This document shows positions 1 to 7,196 of a DNA stretch of 64,000 bases, piece after piece. The notes beneath the pieces were generated by a model. It was not told the origin of the DNA. It did not search any database and worked only from the letters and a program-made list of their open reading frames with translations. Both the position numbers and the translations under genes were made by a program. The stretch is from positions 96,001 to 160,000 of the forward strand of contig JBJKQR010000012.1 of assembly GCA_046735395.1 (NCBI GenBank), written 5' to 3'. The DNA comes from Fidelibacterota bacterium. Its GTDB lineage: Bacteria; Fidelibacterota; Fidelibacteria; Fidelibacterales; DSDE01. Every line of letters starts with the position of its first letter. Position 1 is the first letter of the stretch.

Positions 1-1084
1 GTCACATATGACGCTTCCGCTGCTGGGCCAGGGTGAGATCTGGTCGGGTGAAGGCAGCAGAAAGTCCTCTGAAATGCTGAGCGAGTACGGCCGGCAGCCG
101 CTGAAGCTGCAGGCGAAGGAAGGATTGGCCATCATCAATGGCACCCAGTCCATGACGGCTCACGGTTTATATGCGCTGATGGTTGCCGAACGGCTTCTCT
201 TCAGCAGTGAACTGATCGTGGCGGCTACGGTGGATGCCATGAAAGCGTCTATAAATCCATTTTTTGAAGGTGTGCATCGCGTCAAGAAATCGCCTTTTAA
301 CCAGGCGGTTGCATCCCGCATCCGAACCTACCTCCGGGACAGCCGCATCCTTGAAAGTCATAAACATTGCGGGAAGGTACAGGATCCCTATTCCATCCGC
401 TGTGTGCCTCAGGTTATCGGGGCCATCTGGGAGGCCTTTGCGCACGTGAAGGAGATTCTGGTCAGGGAAGCCAATGCCGTTTCCGATAATCCGCTCATCT
501 TTCCCGAAGAAGGGAAAATTGTATCCGGGGGAAATTTTCATGGAGAATCCATCGCCCTCACCCTTGATTATTTATCCATGGCCATGGCCGAGCTGGGCAG
601 TATCAGCGAACGCCGAACGGCCAATCTGGTTGATAAAAATATGAGTGATCTGCCGGCTTTTCTCGTCGAGAACGGCGGTATCAACAGCGGGTATATGATT
701 GCTCATGTGACAGCTGCGGCGCTTGTCAGCGAAAATAAAGGGCTGGCTGTTCCGTCCAGTGTTGACAGTATTCCGACCTCTGCAAATCAGGAAGATCACG
801 TCAGCATGGGACACCGGAGCGCCGTCAAACTGCTTGCTGTCTGTGAAAATGTTTCGGTTATCCTGGCCATTGAGCTGCTGGCTGCGCTGCAGGGAATTGA
901 ATTCAGACACCCGGATCAAAGCAGCCAGACAGTTGAAAAGATTTACAGCCATGTCCGGAAATCAGTTCCCTACTGGGACAGGGACAGGCAGATGAACCAT
1001 GATATAGAGAAAGTGAAGCGGATGCTGATCAGCGGAGAATTTCTGCAGTACGCTCAGACTGAAGGAGAAGAGGGAATTGGCTAA
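1..1084 (+). CDS. hutH: Histidine ammonia-lyase, 5' end outside window
   Basis: KEGLAIINGT, VQDPYSIRCVPQV, DNPLIF, SGGNFHG, SISERR and SANQEDHVSMG motifs. The frame is open to the left edge, and the MIO-forming ASG lies upstream of the window. Confidence 0.95.
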   Translation, partial: SHMTLPLLGQGEIWSGEGSRKSSEMLSEYGRQPLKLQAKEGLAIINGTQSMTAHGLYALMVAERLLFSSELIVAATVDAMKASINPFFEGVHRVKKSPFNQAVASRIRTYLRDSRILESHKHCGKVQDPYSIRCVPQVIGAIWEAFAHVKEILVREANAVSDNPLIFPEEGKIVSGGNFHGESIALTLDYLSMAMAELGSISERRTANLVDKNMSDLPAFLVENGGINSGYMIAHVTAAALVSENKGLAVPSSVDSIPTSANQEDHVSMGHRSAVKLLAVCENVSVILAIELLAALQGIEFRHPDQSSQTVEKIYSHVRKSVPYWDRDRQMNHDIEKVKRMLISGEFLQYAQTEGEEGIG

Positions 1085-1748
1085 GAAACTGATCAGTGAG
1101 ACGACCGTACGACAGGCTCTGCGAAGGGGGGAAGCGCTGGTCATCGGACCCGGAGATATTGTTACACCTTCAGCGCGAGACCTGATACGCTCTTCTAATA
1201 TTCCTCTGCAAAGTGCTTCCGACTCTGTTGTTAAATCTGCACATCTTCCTCTTCAAACGCGGATCCACCGGAAGGAATCTGAGGTATTTGCGGGCCGTAA
1301 GACCATTGCAATCGGCTCGGATCACGGCGGCTTCCCCATGAAGGAATTGATCCGCGAATATGTTGTGAGCCTGGGTTTTGATGTGGTGGATTACGGGTGT
1401 GACAGCCCGGAACGCACCGATTACCCCATTTATGCAGCGGCTGTCGCGAAAGCTGTGGCAAAGGGAAGCGCCTTCCGGGGTATTATCGTGGACGGAGCCG
1501 GAATCGGTTCGGCCATTACCGCAAATAAATTCAAAGGAATTCGGGCCGCGATGGCCTATGATACGCTCACAGCAAATAATTGCCGGGAGCATAATGACGC
1601 CAATGTCCTGTCACTCGGCGGACTGCTGCTGGGCGTGACTACGGTAAAGGAAATCGTCAAAATATTTCTGACGACTGAATATGACCGGCGTCATCAGAAT
1701 CGTATTGATATGATTGAAAGTATTGAAGCTGACAATTTTAAATCATAA
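1077..1748 (+). CDS. rpiB: Ribose-5-phosphate isomerase B with ~70 aa N-terminal extension
   Basis: IAIGSDHGG, DYP, DGAGIGS, ANKFKGIRAA, REHNDANVLSLG and RHQNRI motifs. TTG start overlaps the end of hutH. Confidence 0.92.
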   Translation: MAKKLISETTVRQALRRGEALVIGPGDIVTPSARDLIRSSNIPLQSASDSVVKSAHLPLQTRIHRKESEVFAGRKTIAIGSDHGGFPMKELIREYVVSLGFDVVDYGCDSPERTDYPIYAAAVAKAVAKGSAFRGIIVDGAGIGSAITANKFKGIRAAMAYDTLTANNCREHNDANVLSLGGLLLGVTTVKEIVKIFLTTEYDRRHQNRIDMIESIEADNFKS

Positions 1749-1762
1749 AAGTGACCGGAAAC

Positions 1763-1787
1763 AAAAAAAGGGCAGTAAAAACTGCCC
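1763..1787 (-). terminator. Intrinsic terminator for rpsT (possibly bidirectional)
   Basis: Stem GGGCAGT-AAAA-ACTGCCC preceded by an A7 run (U-tract on the minus strand), between convergent genes. Confidence 0.8.
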
Positions 1788-1811
1788 CGGAAAAATTTCA
1801 CACCGAAGGGT

Positions 1812-2069
1812 CTATGCCAGTCGGGTGTTTACAGCCTTGGCGAGTTTTGATTTCCGGTTCGCGCCGCTATTCTTATGAATGATACCTTTCTGAACAAGAC
1901 GGTCGATAACGGAAACAGCGCTCTGAAATGCACTGGTGATATCCTCACCGCCTTCTGCAGCGGAAACCTTCTTGATAGCAGTCTTCATAAGAGATTTATA
2001 ATGGCGGTTACGCAGATTCGCCTTCCGGGCTTGTCTGATTCTTTTTTTGGTCGAACTTTTATGTGCCAT
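1812..2069 (-). CDS. rpsT: 30S ribosomal protein S20
   Basis: MAHKSSTKKRIRQ...RNRHYKSLMKTAIKK...IDRLVQKGIIHKNSGANRKSKL. Confidence 0.97.
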   Translation of the reverse strand: MAHKSSTKKRIRQARKANLRNRHYKSLMKTAIKKVSAAEGGEDITSAFQSAVSVIDRLVQKGIIHKNSGANRKSKLAKAVNTRLA

Positions 2070-2105
2070 GTGTCTCCTCGTTTGTTGCTTTTTCCAAAGC
2101 CACGA

Positions 2106-2134
2106 AAAATATTACCAAATTTTATTAAAGTCAA
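2106..2134 (-). promoter_or_regulatory. Sigma70-type promoter for rpsT
   Basis: TTGACT-17 nt-TATTTT on the minus strand, upstream of the AGGAG RBS. Confidence 0.6.
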
Positions 2135-2143
2135 GTTATAAGC

Positions 2144-2857
2144 ATGCTCTTTTTCCTTAAAATACTGCTGTTTTTGTTGTTGATACCTGTTTTTCTGATT
2201 TTTGCCATTCTACTTATTCCAACGAAGATCAATGTAGTTGGTGAACGAGGCGAGGACAGCATCGATGTCCTGGGCCGTCTATTCTGGGTGCCCTGGCTGC
2301 TGGAACTGCGGGGACGTTTCAGCGACGGAAACGTTACCCTCAGCCTCCTACTGCTGGGCCTGACTTTTCCCATCTCGTCCGGAGGCGGTGAGAAGCCGGA
2401 AAAAGCGGCCGTGACGCCTGGACAGAAGACCGGTGAGAAGCGGAAATCATCGGCGAAGGCGGAAAGTAAAAAATATGGTATTGCAGGGTGGAAAGCTTAT
2501 TATCATAGAAACCGGGAGGATCTCCATAAGGTTCTGAGACGCTTTTTCCGAATGGGCAAGGGTATTCTGCGCCATTCATTCGGCCTGAAGATTCAGGAGC
2601 TCCATATCCTCTACGGGGGAGAGGATCCCTATGCGGTTCATGAGCTTCAACGCCGATATCTGGCTGTACAACCCCTTATTCCAAGCGCAATATCAGAGAG
2701 GGCTTCACTCAGGTTCAGATATGATCAGAAGGGGATTCAGGGGAAAATTAATCTGTTTTTTTATATAAATCTATATAGTATATTATTTCGATTCATCGTG
2801 ATGCTGATGCAAGCAATCAGAATCAGGAGACTTGTAAAGGATTATGGCAATACGTGA
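2144..2857 (+). CDS. DUF2953/YtfI-like membrane-anchored protein
   Basis: N-terminal TM helix, basic linker and GGEDPY motif. It lies directly upstream of a YtfJ/GerW gene, the usual pairing. Confidence 0.6.
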   Translation: MLFFLKILLFLLLIPVFLIFAILLIPTKINVVGERGEDSIDVLGRLFWVPWLLELRGRFSDGNVTLSLLLLGLTFPISSGGGEKPEKAAVTPGQKTGEKRKSSAKAESKKYGIAGWKAYYHRNREDLHKVLRRFFRMGKGILRHSFGLKIQELHILYGGEDPYAVHELQRRYLAVQPLIPSAISERASLRFRYDQKGIQGKINLFFYINLYSILFRFIVMLMQAIRIRRLVKDYGNT

Positions 2858-3212
2858 TACATTGGACAGTTTGCTGGCGAAAGTCAAGGATATTGCCCGC
2901 ACAAGCACCGTATTCGGCGATCCCATCATCATTGGTGACATCCGCATCATTCCTGTTTCTAAAGTAAGCGTAGGCTTCGGCTCCGGAGCTATGCAGAACA
3001 GCCGGCCCCAGGACCGTACCCGGGACAGTGAGGGAATGACCGGCGGCTTTTCCATCGTACCGGTGGCTCTGCTGGTTGTGCAGGATAATGAAAGTAAATT
3101 GCTGTTACTTGATAAACAGGAACAGAATCTGTCAAAGATGATGGATCTGGTTCCTGATATTCTCGATCGATTTGTCCCTAAAAAAAACACTGAGAGAGGA
3201 GCTGATTCCTGA
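2844..3212 (+). CDS. YtfJ/GerW family protein
   Basis: TVFGDPI, IIPVSKVSVGFGSG, GGFSIVPVALLVV and MDLVPDILDRF motifs. Confidence 0.88.
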   Translation: MAIRDTLDSLLAKVKDIARTSTVFGDPIIIGDIRIIPVSKVSVGFGSGAMQNSRPQDRTRDSEGMTGGFSIVPVALLVVQDNESKLLLLDKQEQNLSKMMDLVPDILDRFVPKKNTERGADS

Positions 3213-3892
3213 TGGATATTGATTTTTTACGTCAAATACCGATTTTTGAGGAATTGTCGGATGATCAGCTGGATAATATTGTCAAACTGATTATCCATCG
3301 GAATTACCGTAAAAATAATCTGATTCTTCTGGAGGAGGATTTTGGGGATACCCTGTTTATCATCAAGGAGGGATCCGTTAAAATTACCCGAATCAATGAA
3401 GAAGGCAAGGAAGTGATTCTCAGCATTCTTCGGGATGGAGAATTTTTTGGTGAAATGTCGCTGTTCGATGGAGAAAGCCGGTCCGCAAATGTGATTGCCA
3501 TGGAAGATTCGGAAGTCATGATCATCAAACGCAGTGATTTCATGGAGATGCTGGAGCGCTATCCCAAAGTAGCCATTTACCTTCTTGAGGAACTGGCGAG
3601 ACGTATTCGGAACAGCGACCGTCATATCGAATCCCTCAGTCTGTCTGACGCGGAACATCGGGTCGGATCCGCAATTCTCCGGCTTGCCGAGGATCTGGGC
3701 GTTCACCGGGCCGGTATTGTCAGTGTGGATGACATGCCACTGCAGCAGGATATTGCAAATATGGCCGGAACGTCCAGGGAAACCGTTTCCCGGATGTTGA
3801 AAATGCTTGAACAGAAAAATCTGATTGAGCGGGATGGCCGAAGACTTAAAATCATCAATTATTCAGAATTCGTTCGAAGTTTTTCGAAATAA
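3212..3892 (+). CDS. Crp/Fnr family transcriptional regulator
   Basis: cNMP-binding domain (GEFFGEMSL, RSANV) and HTH (QQDIANMAGTSRETVSR). No Fnr Cys cluster. Confidence 0.93.
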   Translation: MDIDFLRQIPIFEELSDDQLDNIVKLIIHRNYRKNNLILLEEDFGDTLFIIKEGSVKITRINEEGKEVILSILRDGEFFGEMSLFDGESRSANVIAMEDSEVMIIKRSDFMEMLERYPKVAIYLLEELARRIRNSDRHIESLSLSDAEHRVGSAILRLAEDLGVHRAGIVSVDDMPLQQDIANMAGTSRETVSRMLKMLEQKNLIERDGRRLKIINYSEFVRSFSK

Positions 3893-3908
3893 TTTTCCTG
3901 TATAAAAC

Positions 3909-3941
3909 AAAACAGCTGCCTTCGAAAGCAGCTGTTTTTTT
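3909..3941. terminator. Bidirectional intrinsic terminator
   Basis: AAAACAGCTGC...GCAGCTGTTTTTTT inverted repeat between convergent genes. Confidence 0.85.
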
Positions 3942-3962
3942 ATTCTGTACAAAAAATAGTAT

Positions 3963-4619
3963 TCAGGCGAAAATATTCAGATGCTGGGATGTATCTCCGG
4001 TAACCTGATCCATCACCTGCTGCAGCGCTTTTTCAGATTGCTGATAATCCTGTGTCGCAGCGGATGTTTCATTTGCCGAGGCCTGTTCAGTCATTTTTGC
4101 CTTTTCTGCATCAGCTTCTTCCCGGCTCAGCTCAATCTGGCTCTCCTGTTTTGATTTTTCTGCTTCTGCAGCAACTTCCTTGTCCTTGCGGGACGGTTCC
4201 TTGGGTGCCAAGGCCGCTTTATAGATTATATCCTGTTTTTTAATATTCTCCTGGGGCTCGGGTTCCTTGGCTGTATCCAGCTGGGTTTTACCGCCGATGG
4301 CGTACTGCTTGTTGTCGGGCCCGGTCTGATAGGTATAGGTTACGGTCCCGGCGTATTTACCCGCAACTCGTTTATGCGCCATTTCATGATCCCGGACTTC
4401 CTGATCCCTTTTTCTCAGTTCCTCCAGATATTTCTGCTCAGACGCGCTCAGATCAAGCTCAGCATTCATCCTGTTCTTGTCATCTTTAGCAGAGATATCA
4501 TTAACCCGGGTGGGTTTTTTTACCGGACGGGACTCCGTCGTATCGACCTCACTGGCCGGGGCTCCCTGCTGATAGGCTGCCTTGTAAAAGCCATCCGTTA
4601 TGTTCATGCCTTCTATCAT
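3963..4619 (-). CDS. SprA-related family protein (putative metalloprotease CJM1_0395-like)
   Basis: LRKRDQEVRDHEMAH, YTYQTGPDNKQYAIGG and AALAPKEPSRKD motifs. Confidence 0.85.
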   Translation of the reverse strand: MIEGMNITDGFYKAAYQQGAPASEVDTTESRPVKKPTRVNDISAKDDKNRMNAELDLSASEQKYLEELRKRDQEVRDHEMAHKRVAGKYAGTVTYTYQTGPDNKQYAIGGKTQLDTAKEPEPQENIKKQDIIYKAALAPKEPSRKDKEVAAEAEKSKQESQIELSREEADAEKAKMTEQASANETSAATQDYQQSEKALQQVMDQVTGDTSQHLNIFA

Positions 4620-4624
4620 GTTTC

Positions 4625-4653
4625 ATTATACGGAGAAAATGCTGTTTTGTCAA
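4625..4653 (-). promoter_or_regulatory. Perfect-consensus sigma70 promoter
   Basis: TTGACA-17 nt-TATAAT on the minus strand, ending 5 nt before the ATG at 4619. Confidence 0.8.
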
Positions 4654-4773
4654 ATATTATTTTCATTATAAGCTATTAATAATTATAATGTTAGTGATTA
4701 TTAATCATTGCGCGTAAATTTTCCGTAATATTCATTTTGCCGAAAATTAATTTGATAAATTTGATAAAAAAAT

Positions 4774-4800
4774 TAAAGTTTCTCAAAACTCATCCGATAA
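4774..4800 (+). promoter_or_regulatory. Candidate sigma28 (FliA)-type promoter
   Basis: TAAAGTTT-11 nt-TCCGATAA versus consensus TAAAGTTT-N11-GCCGATAA (one mismatch). Confidence 0.45.
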
Positions 4801-4936
4801 TGTGGGGGAAGATGGTGAAATTCATAGCGATCTCTTCCTAAACATAAATGAAAAGTCAGCGGCTGTCAATGAATTTGTAATTATGCCATATGTTTTCCTG
4901 ATATGGCGGCCTGTTCCACAAATAGAGAAACAGTGT

Positions 4937-5893
4937 TCAAGAGCCGGTTGCTGTGAAGGTCAGCCTGCTAATGACCGGAAGATGATCGGAATATCCGCCC
5001 CGGAAGCGGAAACGCTCATAGAATCTGTCGATTCCCTGATCCTCTGGATCGCTACGCAGGAGGGCCGGATAGCGAAGGGGATGACTATGCACCTCGACTG
5101 AAGTTTCTGACTCCCGGGCAAAAATCAGCATATGATCGTAGCAGATCCAGCGATCCTGATAAAAATAGGTTGCAGGTCTGGAAATAGTACTATCAGTCAG
5201 CAGTGTGAGCTGATTCCGGAAGGGATAACTGCAAATCAATTTCAGCGAACTGTCTGATTTTTCATCATTGAAGTCACCGGTCAGAATCAGCAGATCCGCC
5301 TTCCCGGACCTGTTATCCATATACCTTACAATTTGTTTTGCCAGGCACACTCTCATCGTATCCCCGTCTTTGCCCCGATTATAGCGGGAGGGAGCATGAA
5401 CCACAAAACAGGAAATAATCTTCTCCGCATATTGAAAATCAGCATGGAGGATATCCCGCGTTGGAAAGGGCAGGGACTGAGCCGGGATATATTCCGCAGA
5501 CAGAAGGGTACAGCGGCTTTTCCGGTAAAGGAGTGCTACATCAATACCCCGCGGATCCGGGGAATCCTGATGAAGGATTTCCCAGTCCCGGCTGAAGAGG
5601 AACTTTTTACGCAAATCCTCGAGGACCCGGCGGTTCTCAATTTCAGCCAGGCCGATCAGGTCCGCATGAGCCATATTGAGAATATGAGCGATATTTTCAC
5701 ATTTCACAGTATAGGCTGCAGCTGTGTAACCCGGATAATTCATAGGTGTGTAGGCTTTATCATCAATGCTTCGGTCACGGCTCGGATGAAAAAAATTCTC
5801 CGTATTCCAGAACAGTATTTTCAATGGACGATTCTTATCACTGCATGATAAAGTCAGACACGTGATCATACAAAGGTAGAGCAAATGCTTCAT
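4937..5893 (-). CDS. Endonuclease/exonuclease/phosphatase family lipoprotein
   Basis: Lipobox LSC, then WNTENFF, GLAEIEN, DPRGIDVALLY, HAPSR, GDFND and YSDHLP motifs. Confidence 0.9.
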   Translation of the reverse strand: MKHLLYLCMITCLTLSCSDKNRPLKILFWNTENFFHPSRDRSIDDKAYTPMNYPGYTAAAYTVKCENIAHILNMAHADLIGLAEIENRRVLEDLRKKFLFSRDWEILHQDSPDPRGIDVALLYRKSRCTLLSAEYIPAQSLPFPTRDILHADFQYAEKIISCFVVHAPSRYNRGKDGDTMRVCLAKQIVRYMDNRSGKADLLILTGDFNDEKSDSSLKLICSYPFRNQLTLLTDSTISRPATYFYQDRWICYDHMLIFARESETSVEVHSHPLRYPALLRSDPEDQGIDRFYERFRFRGGYSDHLPVISRLTFTATGS

Positions 5894-5925
5894 TCAGGAC
5901 CGGCTCCCAGGATTCAGTAAGACAT

Positions 5926-6028
5926 AAAAAAAAATAGGGCCTGCACCCCGGGATAGCAAGTATTACCTTGCAGTGACCTATCCATGCTGCGTGATTCTAC
6001 TTATTCGCAGTACGAATAATGAGTGCAG
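5926..6028 (-). ncRNA. Candidate structured RNA (three-way junction) followed by a U9 tract
   Basis: P1 CTGCACTC/GGGTGCAG, P2 TTATTCG/CGAATAA, P3 GGATAG/CTATCC with inner CAAG/CTTG hairpin. No family recognised. Confidence 0.45.
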
Positions 6029-6063
6029 ATGTGTCAAATCAGAAAAGTTAAAGAGATAAATCT

Positions 6064-6768
6064 TTATGGATGCAGGAGAAAATCGCTGATGTCCCGGGGC
6101 CGTGAGGCGCTGAAAGCATGGGGCAGAGCCAGCAGTTCATCTCTGTTTCCATAACCCCACAGACAGGCGATGGCCGAAAGGCCGGCATTGCGGGCGAAGA
6201 TCAGGTCTACGGTAGAATCTCCGATCATCGTGCACTGATCCGCAGAAAGGGGAAGGTCTTGCTGCACCTGCTCGAATATCCGCTTATCAGGTTTTCTCCA
6301 GGGATAACTATCGCCCCCGATGATACGGGTAAAATATCCGCTGATCCCGTAGCCGTCCAGCATGGTTCGGGTAATGGATTCCATCTTGTTGGTAATGAGA
6401 ATGAGGGTGTAGTTTGCCGCCAGATCATCCAGCATCTCCGGAACACCTTCATACAGGGATGTTCCCTCCAGACAATGCCGGGAATAAATGCGGATATAGC
6501 TGTCGAGAAAGCGTTTTTCCAGGCCGGGATCCACACAGCGGTCATCCTCGCCGGACAGAGACGTTGACAGGGTTCTCTGCACCAGTGAGGGAATTCCGTT
6601 TCCCACAAAGGAGCGGATCGTCTCATCGGGTAGGATGGGAAAGGAAAATTCCTTCAGGCAACGATTTAAGGCGCCTGTCAGTCCGGGCAGTGAATCCGAC
6701 AGGGTGCCGTCAAAATCAAAGGCGATCAGTGGTTTTGAGATGGATTCTCTCCCTGTAATTTCTGACAT
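6064..6768 (-). CDS. gph: HAD family hydrolase, phosphoglycolate phosphatase-like
   Basis: FDFDGTLSDS, LITNK, KPD and MIGDSTVD HAD motifs. Confidence 0.8.
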   Translation of the reverse strand: MSEITGRESISKPLIAFDFDGTLSDSLPGLTGALNRCLKEFSFPILPDETIRSFVGNGIPSLVQRTLSTSLSGEDDRCVDPGLEKRFLDSYIRIYSRHCLEGTSLYEGVPEMLDDLAANYTLILITNKMESITRTMLDGYGISGYFTRIIGGDSYPWRKPDKRIFEQVQQDLPLSADQCTMIGDSTVDLIFARNAGLSAIACLWGYGNRDELLALPHAFSASRPRDISDFLLHP

Positions 6769-7190
6769 CCCGGGCAGAGGCCGTAAACATGAAGATAGTG
6801 ATTGAAATATTTAAAATGATTCCGGCTGCAGATCTGTTTTGCTTCCGGGATGCTGGTTTCATTGTTGAATTCAACGATACGCCCACAGCGGATACAGACG
6901 AGATGATCGTGATGGGACTGGCCGGTTTTGATCTCGTAGCGTGCCTTGCCGTCACCGAAGTCATATTTGTCCACAAGTACATTCTGGCTGAGTACGTCAA
7001 GGGTGCGGTAAATCGTGGCCCGGCTGACGGTGATGCCGTTCCGGGTCAGGTCGCTGAGAATGAGTTCGGCATCAAAATGTGCCTTGTTTTCAATAATATA
7101 TCTGAGAATCTCCCGCCGTTGTGTCGTGATTCTCAGAGCAGACTTTTTCAGAGCTCCGATCATTGTTTCAAACAGTCGGATATCATCCAT
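6726..7190 (-). CDS. Fur family transcriptional regulator
   Basis: RITTQRREIL, SRATIYRTL, HHDHLVCIRCG and GLCPGC motifs. Confidence 0.92.
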   Translation of the reverse strand: MDDIRLFETMIGALKKSALRITTQRREILRYIIENKAHFDAELILSDLTRNGITVSRATIYRTLDVLSQNVLVDKYDFGDGKARYEIKTGQSHHDHLVCIRCGRIVEFNNETSIPEAKQICSRNHFKYFNHYLHVYGLCPGCQKLQGENPSQNH

Positions 7191-7196
7191 GGGACG

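Noticed and set aside
5926..6035. Identification of the structured RNA as SRP RNA or a purine riboswitch
   Set aside because: It lacks the SRP helix-8 CAGG-GNRA-AGCAG arrangement. The TTCTAC similarity to the purine J2/3 is on the strand with no downstream gene, and the loops do not match.
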